Part shown: positions 35,308-44,121 of the stretch, piece by piece
How positions within the stretch are numbered: position 1 is the first letter of the stretch
How the letters are laid out: every line of letters starts with the position of its first letter
From: Planctomycetota bacterium
GTDB taxonomy: Bacteria; Planctomycetota; Brocadiia; Brocadiales; Bathyanammoxibiaceae
NCBI GenBank assembly: GCA_023261505.1
Contig: JAHFOV010000001.1
Span: 9,191-73,190 of the forward strand
Length of the DNA: 64,000 nt
Direction of reading: 5' to 3'
Made by a program: the position numbers and the translations under genes
The notes under the pieces: model-generated
Told to the model about the DNA's origin: nothing
Database searches by the model: none
Seen by the model: the letters and a program-made list of their open reading frames with translations, nothing else

Positions 35308-36012
35308 ATGCTTCGCTCAACAGTGGGGCAGGAGATAGCAGAACTGGTTGAGCAGGAAGCCCGGGTCCTGTTGGAGAGGGTAGGGATCCATAGCCCTCCG
35401 GTAGATGCTTTCCGGGTGGCTAATGAACTTGGTCTAACAATCCAAATCGACCCTATGCTAAAGACCAGGGGCTACAGCAGAAAGCGATGGGAACTGGGAA
35501 CTATCGTAGTAGGTAGCAAAAATCCTGGCAAATCCGAAAGGAAGCAGTTCACAATTGCTCATGAGATAGGAGAGGTGTCTTTGAGAGGAAAGGTAGAAGA
35601 GGCTGTTCTTGAAGAGGCAAGTAATCTCATGGCTGTGAACCTCCTACTCCCCAGAGAGTGGTTTTGTAGAGATGCAAAGGCCTCAGATTTTGACCTCCTT
35701 GAGCTAAAAATGATTTACTCCACCGTCAGCCATGAGGTCATCTCTTCTCGAATGCTAGAATTCAGACTCATGATAATAACGATCTTTGATAATGGGAAGC
35801 TTTACAGGAGAAAGAGTTCATACCCCTTTCCAGTAAGGACCTCCTACCCTTTAGAAAGGCAGTGCCTGATGGATGTAACTGCAAGCGGAAAAAAGATATT
35901 TTTAAGTGACGAAAAGATAAGAGTTACAGGTTGGCCTATTTTTTGGCAGGATTGGAAGAGGGTAATATTGGGAACGGAGTTTGATGAGTGGGAAGTAAGC
36001 AGTAGGCAGTAA
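35308..36012 (+). CDS. ImmA/IrrE (COG2856)-like metallopeptidase-fold protein with HEIGE in place of HExxH
   Basis: FTIAHEIGEVSL is followed by EEASNLMAVNLLLPREWF, which is the family pattern E..AN.FA..LLmP. The second His of HExxH is Glu. Confidence 0.7.
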   Translation: MLRSTVGQEIAELVEQEARVLLERVGIHSPPVDAFRVANELGLTIQIDPMLKTRGYSRKRWELGTIVVGSKNPGKSERKQFTIAHEIGEVSLRGKVEEAVLEEASNLMAVNLLLPREWFCRDAKASDFDLLELKMIYSTVSHEVISSRMLEFRLMIITIFDNGKLYRRKSSYPFPVRTSYPLERQCLMDVTASGKKIFLSDEKIRVTGWPIFWQDWKRVILGTEFDEWEVSSRQ

Positions 36013-36066
36013 GAAGTAAGCAGTAGGCACTAAGGAGGTTACTCCCTACTCCTTACTGCCTACTGC
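35994..36066. repeat. AGTAGGCAGTA-type stutter palindrome between convergent genes
   Basis: gtaagcagtaggcagtaagaagtaagcagtaggcac faces actccctactccttactgcctactgc and is followed by attttttac. It encodes the last 6 codons of the ImmA-like ORF. Confidence 0.8.
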
Positions 36067-36071
36067 ATTTT

Positions 36072-36482
36072 TTACCCCAGGATGTTTATCAGATATTGCC
36101 TGCTCCTGCTGCGGTTATCAAAATCCAGAAGGACTATCTGCTGCCAGCGGCCGAGCAGTAACTTGCCGTGTATAAAAGGAATAGTCAGGGAAGGGCCTAG
36201 GAGAGCCGCCCTTATGTGAGAATAACCGTTCTCATCGTTCCAGCGCTCATTATGTTTGTAAGCGATATCCCTCGGAACGAGCCTTTCCATCGCTACAGAA
36301 AGGTCATTTACCACTCCCTCTTCAAATTCAATCGTAGTTACTGCGGCAGTAGAGCCGGGTATAAAAACGGTAGCCAACCCCGAACTTAAACCCGAGTCTT
36401 TCACTGCCTCCTCTACTTCTGCAGTAATATTATGACAGTCCCCATTCCCTTTTGTTTTTATCTCTTTTGAAATACTTATAAT
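36072..36482 (-). CDS. yjbQ: YjbQ/UPF0047-family protein, probable non-canonical ATT (or ATA) start
   Basis: The ORF track starts at GTG 36404. The frame is open upstream and encodes the family N-terminus (IISISKEIKTKGNGDCHNITAEVEEAV). AAGGAGG lies 8 nt before the ATT at 36482. No ATG/GTG/TTG is available. Confidence 0.7.
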   Translation of the reverse strand: MISISKEIKTKGNGDCHNITAEVEEAVKDSGLSSGLATVFIPGSTAAVTTIEFEEGVVNDLSVAMERLVPRDIAYKHNERWNDENGYSHIRAALLGPSLTIPFIHGKLLLGRWQQIVLLDFDNRSRSRQYLINILG

Positions 36483-36674
36483 GGCTTTTACCTCCTTAGA
36501 CTAAGACGTTAGAGAAACAACATATCATAAACACTTGCCTCACTCCTTTTCAAGTCCTTGTACTGTATCACCTATTAATGATACAGTGTTGGTGGGATAA
36601 GAGTTGCTCAGAGGGATAGTTAGAAAACAAAAAGTGTTCAGCCCCGTATACCACAAGAAAAACGAATTAATCTC

Positions 36675-36703
36675 TTGACCAGTGAATAGGAGTTTGTTAT
36701 TTT
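36675..36703 (+). promoter_or_regulatory. Candidate promoter for the activase-dehydratase gene
   Basis: TTGACC (36675-36680), 17 nt, then TATTTT (36698-36703). Confidence 0.4.
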
Positions 36704-36786
36704 AACTAACTCCTTTTGTGGATTTAAAACTTACTTAAACGATTGCCACGTCGGGCAGAAATTTCCCTTTTTAGAGGAGTAAAGTC

Positions 36787-38715
36787 GTGTTAAGTCTTGG
36801 CATTGATATCGGCTCCCTATCAACAGACGTAGTGCTGATGAATGAGAAGAGAGAGATTGTGGCCTCTGAGGTAATAGCCACAGGGGCCAGTAGCAAAAAG
36901 GCGGCTGACAAGGCTTTCCAAAAGGTACTGGAGGTTACCCGGCTCTCGGAAAAGGATATCGATTACGTGGTGGCCACTGGTTACGGCCGTATCAGGGTGC
37001 CCTTTGCCCAGGAGGTGGTTACTGAAATAACCTGCCATGCCAAAGGTGCACACTACTTCTTCGCAAAGGTAAGGACAGTAATAGATATAGGCGGTCAGGA
37101 TAGTAAGGTTATAAAGGTCGATCAGAACGGTAATGTTGTAGATTTTGTTATGAATGATAAGTGTGCCGCTGGCACTGGTAGATTCCTGGAGGTGATGGCC
37201 AGGACACTGGAAATAGAACTTGAGGATATGGGGCCGTTGTCTCTCCAGGGGAGCGATAAGTTCTCAATAAGCAGCCTTTGCACGGTATTTGCAGAATCGG
37301 AAGTAGTTTCTCTTATAGGGGCAGACCAAAAGAGGGAAGACATCTGTCGAGCGCTACACATAGCCATAGCTAAGAGGATCGCTGCCCAGGCCCGCCGTGT
37401 AGGTGTGGAGGAGCAGGTGGTGATGAGCGGTGGAGTCGCAAAAAATGTGGGCGTTGTTAAAGAAATGGAGAGGCTTCTAAGTACAAAGCTCAGGATGGCT
37501 CCTGACCCGCAGATTGTTGGGGCAGTGGGGGCCGCTCTTATCGGGCTGGAAGGTGCTAGTAAGAAGACCTCCCCTGCGGTATATGTAGGAGCAGGTTTGA
37601 AACCTGCCACTGTAGAAGAAAAAACCAAAGAAGAAATCAAGGTTGATGCCTCACTAGAGGAAAGCAGTCTCCCCAAAATGGGTTACCTGTGCACCTATAC
37701 CCCAATAGAAGTTATTCGGGCAGCAGGTTTCCACCCCGTCAGGGTAACCGGAGCAAAAAAGGCCGAAGGACTTGCAGAAGAACATCTTTGCACCAATATA
37801 TGTCCTTACATAAAGGCCGCGATGGAGGAGAAACTCTCGGGCAGTCTGGAAGGACTGGAGGGAATAGTATTTATGAACTCCTGTGACGGGATGCGCAGGC
37901 TCTACGACGCCTGGAAGCGTCTGGATGGGGATAAGAAGTTCAATTATATCCTGGACCTGCCCAAGACCACTGACCCGGCCGCTGTCTACTACTTTAGTTT
38001 TTTAATAAAGAATTTTAAGGAAATGCTGGAGAAATATTACAACCGCAAGATTACCCATGAGGAGCTCCACAGGAGCATCCTTCTCTATAACAGGGTTAGA
38101 GAGAAGGTTAGACTCTTCCTGCAAAAACAATGGAACGAATACAGCCACTCGGGGTATGAGATATTCTTGCTCATGAAGAGAGGAATCAATGCCGTTCCCG
38201 AGAAGTTTCACGATTATATTACTCATCTTATGAAGGATGCTAAGGCGCCTCAAAAGGAGGCCAGGCCATTGCCAAGATTGCTTATATGGGGCGGCATCCT
38301 GGAGAATGAAGAGATAATAAAGACTATTGAAGAGGCGGGGGCTAGAGTAGTTGCAGACGACCTTTGCAGCGGTTCCAGATTTTATGATACCCTGGTAGAG
38401 GTACAAGATGACCCTTTTACTGCCCTGGCAGGCCGATATCTTAGAAAGTCTCCTTGTTCGCGCATGGTCAACGTATATGAAAGAATACACAGAATATTCT
38501 CCATAATAGAAGAACGCTCTATCCATGGGGCAATCTACCATACCCTGAAGTTCTGCGACCACTCCCTTTACGACTACCCTACCTTCAAAAAGGAATTTGA
38601 GAAGAAGAAAATCCCCCTACTGCATCTTACATGTGACTACAGCCCCAGCGCCCATGGCCAGATACGCACCCGAGTTGAGGCCTTCCTGGAACAACTGCAG
38701 AATGTGAGGGGATAA
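36787..38715 (+). CDS. Fusion: BcrA/BadF/HgdC-type activase ATPase + 2-hydroxyacyl-CoA dehydratase (HgdB/BcrB-like) domain
   Basis: The N-terminal 255 aa include GIDIGSLSTD, DIGGQDSK, cluster Cys contexts NDKCAAGTG and SLCTVFAES, and SGGVAKN. After the linker come MGYLCTYTPIEVIRAAGFHPVR, CPYIKA and NSCDGMRR. Confidence 0.8.
   Translation: MLSLGIDIGSLSTDVVLMNEKREIVASEVIATGASSKKAADKAFQKVLEVTRLSEKDIDYVVATGYGRIRVPFAQEVVTEITCHAKGAHYFFAKVRTVIDIGGQDSKVIKVDQNGNVVDFVMNDKCAAGTGRFLEVMARTLEIELEDMGPLSLQGSDKFSISSLCTVFAESEVVSLIGADQKREDICRALHIAIAKRIAAQARRVGVEEQVVMSGGVAKNVGVVKEMERLLSTKLRMAPDPQIVGAVGAALIGLEGASKKTSPAVYVGAGLKPATVEEKTKEEIKVDASLEESSLPKMGYLCTYTPIEVIRAAGFHPVRVTGAKKAEGLAEEHLCTNICPYIKAAMEEKLSGSLEGLEGIVFMNSCDGMRRLYDAWKRLDGDKKFNYILDLPKTTDPAAVYYFSFLIKNFKEMLEKYYNRKITHEELHRSILLYNRVREKVRLFLQKQWNEYSHSGYEIFLLMKRGINAVPEKFHDYITHLMKDAKAPQKEARPLPRLLIWGGILENEEIIKTIEEAGARVVADDLCSGSRFYDTLVEVQDDPFTALAGRYLRKSPCSRMVNVYERIHRIFSIIEERSIHGAIYHTLKFCDHSLYDYPTFKKEFEKKKIPLLHLTCDYSPSAHGQIRTRVEAFLEQLQNVRG
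37585..37612. repeat. Degenerate GC hairpin element in the inter-domain linker (VGAGLKPAT)
   Basis: Compare gtaggagcaggtttgaaacctgccactg with gtaggggcaggtttgacacctgcccctac at 27050. Confidence 0.6.
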
Positions 38716-38724
38716 TAACCAAAA

Positions 38725-38795
38725 GGTAACAGGTTACAGGAGACAGGGAACAGAGAAAAATCTTTTTTCCTATTCCCTGTTGCCTGTTCCCGGTG
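38725..38795. repeat. ACAGGGAACAG-type stutter palindrome
   Basis: ggtaacaggttacaggagacagggaacagag faces cctattccctgttgcctgttcccggtg across an A/T-run loop. Confidence 0.7.
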
Positions 38796-38891
38796 TCCTT
38801 GGAACATTTTCCCTTGCCTAACCAAATAATTTCGTGTAAATTTGCATTTTGTAGATTCTTTGAGGTTTCAATCTCTTTGGAGGCATAGAAT

Positions 38892-39125
38892 ATGTCTAAG
38901 GTTTGTGAGATATGCGGTAAAGGACCAGTTACTGGATACACCATAGAACGGCGTGGTCTTGCAAAGAAAAAGGGTGGAGTAGGGCAGAGGATTACAGGAA
39001 GGACTAAAAGGAGATTCCTGCCTAATCTGCAGATAATAAGGGCTATGCTGGCTGGCGGGACGGTGAAGAGACTAAAGGTCTGCACCCGCTGTATCAAGGC
39101 GGGAAAGGTGGTGAAGGCGATATAG
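38892..39125 (+). CDS. rpmB: 50S ribosomal protein L28
   Basis: MSKVCEICGKGPVTGYTI...RRFLPNLQ is typical of L28. It is 77 aa. Confidence 0.92.
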   Translation: MSKVCEICGKGPVTGYTIERRGLAKKKGGVGQRITGRTKRRFLPNLQIIRAMLAGGTVKRLKVCTRCIKAGKVVKAI

Positions 39126-39190
39126 GGTTAGGGCTGATTTTAGATTTCTATTTTTTTTACTAATCCCTGACCCCTAACCCCTAGCCTCTG
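39124..39190. repeat. TAGGGTTAGGG-type stutter palindrome
   Basis: agggttagggctgatt faces aatccctgacccctaacccctagcc across a T-rich loop. Confidence 0.6.
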
Positions 39191-39230
39191 CCGCTAACCA
39201 TTAACGTAGTAGTCCTACCCAAAAATTAAA

Positions 39231-39521
39231 ATGGCAGTTATAGATAAAAAGACCATTGAGCATGTGGCCCTGCTGGCAAGATTAGAACTCAGCGAAGAAG
39301 AAAAAGAACTCTTTGTATCTCAACTTGGGGATATACTGACTTACATTGAGAAACTCAAAGAGCTTGATACCTCCAAGGTAGAACCTATGGCCTATGCCAC
39401 AGCCACCACTAACGTCTTTAGAGAAGACGTTCCTACACCCTCCCTGAAACTCGAAGAAGTCCTGAAAAACGCCCCTGCTAAATTCCAGGACTTCTTCAAG
39501 GTGCCAAAGGTGATTGAGTAG
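39231..39521 (+). CDS. gatC: Glu/Asp-tRNA amidotransferase subunit C
   Basis: It is 96 aa. IEHVALLARLELSEEEKELFVSQLGDILTYIEKL is typical of GatC. Confidence 0.92.
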   Translation: MAVIDKKTIEHVALLARLELSEEEKELFVSQLGDILTYIEKLKELDTSKVEPMAYATATTNVFREDVPTPSLKLEEVLKNAPAKFQDFFKVPKVIE

Positions 39522-39561
39522 ACTAGCCTCATTCTTAATATAAACTATAGGAAAAGGAGTT

Positions 39562-39738
39562 ATGAAGGAACTAACTTACACCATAATTCTTGAGAAAGAG
39601 GAAGGCGGAGGTTACCACGCCTTTTGCCCCACACTGAAAGGCTGCCACTCTCAGGGAGATACCTATGAGGAAGCTCTGGCCAACATAAAATTATATCTGG
39701 AGAGCCTAAAAGCCCACAATGAAGAGATACCTGTGTAA
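39562..39738 (+). CDS. HicB/UPF0150-like antitoxin-fold protein (58 aa, orphan)
   Basis: My translation reads MKELTYTIILEKEEGGGYHAFCPTLKGCHSQGDTYEEALANIKLYLESLKAHNEEIPV. AAGGAG SD. It is below the ORF-track size cutoff. Confidence 0.7.
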   Translation: MKELTYTIILEKEEGGGYHAFCPTLKGCHSQGDTYEEALANIKLYLESLKAHNEEIPV

Positions 39739-39742
39739 TGAG

Positions 39743-39858
39743 GAGATTAGGGATTGCTTCGCCTTCGGCTCGCAATGACAAATAACACAACAGTCATTGC
39801 GAGGAGCGAATGCGACGAAGTCACGCCAAAGGCGGATTCGCCTCTGGCGAACAATCTC
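39743..39858. repeat. Two abutting Family-1 half-elements
   Basis: gagattagggattgcttcgccttcggctcgcaatgac is followed by a 13-nt gap and then gtcattgcgaggagcgaatgcgacgaag...ggcggattcgcctctggcgaacaatctc. Confidence 0.8.
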
Positions 39859-39882
39859 TTTGTTAGCAAACAAGGCCATTAA

Positions 39883-41349
39883 ATGAGAGTCGCAGAGCTA
39901 ATCTCCTTTACCGGGTACCAGTTGCAGGAAAAGCTCCTCTCCCGAGAACTTACCGCCCAGGAGGTGGTAGAAGGCCTATTTGCGAATATAGAGGAGGTAG
40001 AACCAATAGTAAGGGCTTATCTCCTCCTGGACAGAGAGGGGGCCGTGAGGAAGGCCCAGGAGGTGGATGCAAGGCTAAAGAAGGGTGAAAAGTTAGGCCC
40101 TCTTGCAGGTATCCCCGTCGCCGTTAAGGACAATATATGCACCAATGGGCTCAGAACAACCTGCGCCTCCAGAATCCTCGAGAACTTTATCCCCCCCTAC
40201 GATGCCCACGTAATAGAGAGGCTCAAAGAGGCCGATGCCATAATAATAGGCAAGACCAACCTTGACGAATTTGCCATGGGCTCTTCCACAGAGAATTCTG
40301 CCTTCAAGCTCACCAGGAACCCCTGGGACCCAAAACGAATCCCAGGAGGCTCTAGCGGCGGCTCGGCAGCGGCTGTTGCGGCGGGAACGGCCTTCATAGC
40401 CCTCGGCTCAGATACGGGAGGCTCTGTTAGACAGCCTGCCGCCCTCTGCGGCGTCACAGGGCTTAAACCCACTTATGGTAGGGTTTCCCGCTACGGTCTA
40501 GTGGCCTTCGGCTCTTCACTGGACCAGATAGGGACTATCACTAGGGATGTCAGGGACTCCGCACTGCTTTTACAGATTATCGCCGGCCGTGACTCTAGAG
40601 ACTCCACCAGTGCAGATGTACCCCTGCCTGATTATTTAAAGGAGCTAGAAAAACCCGTTAAAGGCCTCCGCCTGGGATTGCCCAGGGAATACTTCATGGA
40701 AGGTTTAAACGACGAGGTGCGAAAGGCCGTAGAGGAGGCAGTAAAGGTTTACGAAGGGCTGGGGTTAAGCGTTAAGGAAATATCCCTGCCTCACACCCCT
40801 TATGCCGTGGCTGTTTATTACATCATCGCCACTGCTGAGGCCAGCAGTAACCTGGCCCGTTACGATGGTGTTCGCTACGGCCACAGGACCCCCGGCGCAC
40901 AGAATATTATAGAGATGTACAGCTGCACCAGGGCAGAAGGTTTTGGCAGGGAGGTAAAGAGGAGGATAATGCTGGGCACCTATGCCTTAAGCTCTGGTTA
41001 CTACGAGGCATATTATCTAAAGGCCTCTAAGGTGAGGAATCTTATCAGGCAGGACTTTTCCAGGGCCTTTGAGACGGTGGATTTCATCCTCTGTCCCACA
41101 TCCCCAACCCCGGCCTTCAAATTAGGGGAGCGACTGGCCAATCCCATGGAGATGTACCTATGCGACATCTATACTATACCTGCCAACCTAGCCGGCATCC
41201 CTGGGATTTCCATCCCCTGCGGTTTCACAAAGGAGAACCTACCAATAGGCCTTCAGCTAATGGCTCGCCATTTTGAAGAGGCAGGGTTACTGAAAGTGGC
41301 CAGGGCCTATGAAAGAGAAACAGAGTGGCATCTAAGAAGGCCAGTGTAG
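39883..41349 (+). CDS. gatA: Glu/Asp-tRNA amidotransferase subunit A
   Basis: The amidase signature is [12 protein letters not shown]...[14 protein letters not shown]. It is 488 aa. Confidence 0.95.
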   Translation: MRVAELISFTGYQLQEKLLSRELTAQEVVEGLFANIEEVEPIVRAYLLLDREGAVRKAQEVDARLKKGEKLGPLAGIPVAVKDNICTNGLRTTCASRILENFIPPYDAHVIERLKEADAIIIGKTNLDEFAMGSSTENSAFKLTRNPWDPKRIPGGSSGGSAAAVAAGTAFIALGSDTGGSVRQPAALCGVTGLKPTYGRVSRYGLVAFGSSLDQIGTITRDVRDSALLLQIIAGRDSRDSTSADVPLPDYLKELEKPVKGLRLGLPREYFMEGLNDEVRKAVEEAVKVYEGLGLSVKEISLPHTPYAVAVYYIIATAEASSNLARYDGVRYGHRTPGAQNIIEMYSCTRAEGFGREVKRRIMLGTYALSSGYYEAYYLKASKVRNLIRQDFSRAFETVDFILCPTSPTPAFKLGERLANPMEMYLCDIYTIPANLAGIPGISIPCGFTKENLPIGLQLMARHFEEAGLLKVARAYERETEWHLRRPV

Positions 41350-41410
41350 CCGCAACCTTTAGGTTGCGCAGCCTTACGCAAAATTCACGCAGGCTGAAGC
41401 CTGCGGCTAC
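41346..41410. repeat. GTAGCCGCA...TGCGGCTAC double-hairpin element
   Basis: The termini are gtagccgca/tgcggctac. The inner hairpins are gcaacctttaggttgc and gcaggctgaagcctgc. It overlaps the gatA stop. Confidence 0.75.
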
Positions 41411-41486
41411 GTGATTGCTGCGTAAGATTCTCAGTTGTTCGAGTCATCCTTGGGGTGGACGAGGAAGGGAGAGGGTGGATGGTTGT

Positions 41487-42008
41487 ATGCAAACTGTAGA
41501 AATAAAAGAGCTAATAGAACAGTTAAAGGGCCTTAACGAGAGGGAACTTTATTCTGGCCTTGCGGTACTTTCCAGTGGTTATAAGGCAGACTGGATAAAA
41601 AACATCCAGTGCGAGGTAGTCCCAAGGGTCAAAAAGTCCTCCCCCAACAGCCCTTATCTTACCGAGGAGTCCAAAAAGGCTTGCCGCGATATAGTAGCCA
41701 GGGTTACCAATCCAGATAAAGATGTCCGCGGAAGGGCACTGGAGGAATTGAAGACAAATTTTGTAACGGACTATTACGTTGAGCCAGGCAAGTTATTCTT
41801 TGAACAATTCAGGAAAATATTTAAGGAGGTTATCTTTGGCAGGGAAAGTCCATATGGAAGATTTAAGAAAGGACTCATAGAACAATCCGACCTCCCCTCA
41901 GCCATGGTAGACGACCTCCTTATGCGTGGCCTGGCCAAGGTTTATATCCCGCTATGGGCATACTTTGCCCTCTTGATAATAAAGACAGACCTGAAGGTCC
42001 ACTTATAA
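41487..42008 (+). CDS. Hypothetical protein (173 aa from internal ATG)
   Basis: The ORF track starts at 41415 inside or next to the repeat, so I prefer ATG 41487 (MQTVEIKELIEQL). I recognise no family. The C-terminus is hydrophobic. Confidence 0.45.
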   Translation: MQTVEIKELIEQLKGLNERELYSGLAVLSSGYKADWIKNIQCEVVPRVKKSSPNSPYLTEESKKACRDIVARVTNPDKDVRGRALEELKTNFVTDYYVEPGKLFFEQFRKIFKEVIFGRESPYGRFKKGLIEQSDLPSAMVDDLLMRGLAKVYIPLWAYFALLIIKTDLKVHL

Positions 42009-42036
42009 AACTGAAAAATTAATGTTTATAAAGTGT

Positions 42037-43311
42037 TCAGCCCTCTTTCTTCTCCAGCAGCGGTAGGAGTTTTGGAGGAAGAACGCTAGAGAGGTCAATA
42101 TCTTGAAGGCCGAAGAGGAGGTGGCCCTGGGTCTGGCTCTGGGTCTTTAAAGGAAGCCCCTGGAGTTTAATGAAGCCTTCGGCGGCACTGTGCTCAAAGA
42201 CATCACCTTTCTCATAAGTAGCCAAATCGTACTTATAAAGAGACAGGGGGGATTTGCGGCCAATTACAGTAGCCGTTCCCCTGGAAAGTTTCACCTTCAC
42301 GGCCCCAGTGACGAGTCGCTGGGTACTCAGGACATAGGCCGTGAGGTCAAGATGGAAGGCAGAGAACCACTGCCCATTGTAAACGATATCTGCATACTGG
42401 CTGGCCACTACGTCCTTAAAACGCATAGCCTCTTTAGTTAGTACCATTCCCTCTAGTGCCCTGTGGGCCTTGTGGAGTATGACTGCTGCCGGGGCTTCGT
42501 AAATCTCTCTGGACTTGATGCCCACCACGCGGTTCTCCACATGGTCTATCCTTCCCACCCCATAAAGCCCGCCGAGGTGGTTCAACTCTTCTATGAGTTC
42601 TAAACCTTTGAGGTACTTATGGTCGAGACGGAAGGGGATACCCTTCTCAATGCCTATTTCTATTATTAGAGGTTCCTTCGGGGTTTCATCTGCGGGCTTA
42701 GTCCATTTAAAGACCTCTTCAGGGGGTTCCTGCCAGGGGTCTTCCAGCACGCCACACTCTATACTCCGCCCCCAGAGGTTTTCATCAGTGCTGTAGGGGC
42801 TCTTCTTTGTCGCCTCTACAGGGATGCCGTGGGCGTGGGCATACTCTATCTCTTCCTCCCTTGACATGCCCCACTCCCTCACAGGGGCAATAACCTTAAG
42901 GTGGGGCGCCAGGGCCTGCAGGGAGAGTTCAAAACGGACCTGGTCGTTACCCTTTCCTGTACAGCCGTGGGCCACAGCCTCAGCCCCTTCCTCCTCTGCC
43001 ACCTCCGCCAGGAGCTTGGCAATGAGCGGCCTGCCCAAGGCGGTAGCCAGTGGGTACACCCCCTCATACATAGCCCCTGCCTGAAGGGCGGGGAATATGA
43101 AGTATTTTACAAAGGGTTCACGGGCATCTATAACATGGGCGTTTTTGGCCCCCAGCTTCAGGGCCTTCTCTTTCACCTTGGGTAGTTCCTTAGCGGCACC
43201 GAGGTCAATTGTCAGAGTGACTACCTCAAGGCCGTATTTTTCCTGCAGCCATTTGATGGCCACGGAGGTATCCAATCCACCAGAATACGCCAACACCACT
43301 TTTTTACTCAT
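42037..43311 (-). CDS. argG: Argininosuccinate synthase
   Basis: The N-terminus is VVLAYSGGLDTSV. HGCTGKGNDQVRFE is present. It is 424 aa with a short C-terminal extension. Confidence 0.95.
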   Translation of the reverse strand: MSKKVVLAYSGGLDTSVAIKWLQEKYGLEVVTLTIDLGAAKELPKVKEKALKLGAKNAHVIDAREPFVKYFIFPALQAGAMYEGVYPLATALGRPLIAKLLAEVAEEEGAEAVAHGCTGKGNDQVRFELSLQALAPHLKVIAPVREWGMSREEEIEYAHAHGIPVEATKKSPYSTDENLWGRSIECGVLEDPWQEPPEEVFKWTKPADETPKEPLIIEIGIEKGIPFRLDHKYLKGLELIEELNHLGGLYGVGRIDHVENRVVGIKSREIYEAPAAVILHKAHRALEGMVLTKEAMRFKDVVASQYADIVYNGQWFSAFHLDLTAYVLSTQRLVTGAVKVKLSRGTATVIGRKSPLSLYKYDLATYEKGDVFEHSAAEGFIKLQGLPLKTQSQTQGHLLFGLQDIDLSSVLPPKLLPLLEKKEG

Positions 43312-43399
43312 TTTTACTCGTTCTTCCTCCTTTAAGAATATTTTTTATTATAACATAAGCGACAAAATGTAAACTGCAAACTTTGTTTGGAAAATCCGT

Positions 43400-43849
43400 T
43401 TGAGTACAAGTAAAATGGCAATTATGGATTACGCTATCAAGAGACTTTTTTATCTACTATTAGCTACGGCTTTCCTATTTTTGAATGAGGCAGGCATTGC
43501 AGCGGAAAAAAGATTGTCAAAAGGTGATACACCTTCAATAAGAATCCTCATGAAGAAGATGGAGCGGGACACACAGATGTTTGAAGATGCCCTGGAGATT
43601 GGGGACATGGAAGAATTGAACCGCCTTGCAGATGAACTGTGCCATACTAGCTGTCAGGTATGTACTGTAGTGACAGACAGTCTATCAGAATCAGAGGCAA
43701 AGGAGTTCAGAAAAAGGGCAGAAACCTTTTATGCAAGTATGCAGACGTTAATGGTCTTCACCCGGCAAGCTACCTTGCCGATGGTAACCTCCCATTACCA
43801 GGAGGTCAAAGAATCCTGCCAGGCCTGCCACCAGGTGTTTAAGAAATAA
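43400..43849 (+). CDS. Class II (cytochrome c-prime/c556-like) four-helix cytochrome c
   Basis: It has a signal-like N-terminus and a single CQACH motif 6 residues from the C-terminus. Its size is about 145 aa. The start may be ATG 43415. Confidence 0.6.
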   Translation: MSTSKMAIMDYAIKRLFYLLLATAFLFLNEAGIAAEKRLSKGDTPSIRILMKKMERDTQMFEDALEIGDMEELNRLADELCHTSCQVCTVVTDSLSESEAKEFRKRAETFYASMQTLMVFTRQATLPMVTSHYQEVKESCQACHQVFKK

Positions 43850-43895
43850 TTTGAGGTCTAAAAATTGCCCTACCAGCCCCCGAAGCGAAGGATCT

Positions 43896-44012
43896 GTCAT
43901 TGCGAGCGGAGCGAAGCAATCTCATGTTTTCTAGTGCAACCACTTAGGAGATTGTTCGCCTGAGGCGAATCTGCCTAAGGCACGACTTCGGGACTTCGTC
44001 GCTCGCAATGAC
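43896..44012. repeat. Family-1 palindromic element, complete 117-bp copy
   Basis: The termini are GTCATTGCGAGCGGAGCGAAGCAATCTC and GTCGCTCGCAATGAC. The core gaagcaatctcatgttttctagtgcaaccacttaggagattgttcgcc is nearly identical to that at 60014-60062. Confidence 0.9.
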
Positions 44013-44121
44013 TTGGTCGCCTTTGGCACCCCAGAATGAGTTCCGTGCATTTAGTATTGCATTCCTGAGAATAAATGGTTACTATTCACGGGAGTAGCTT
44101 TAATAGAGGTAAAGATCGGTC

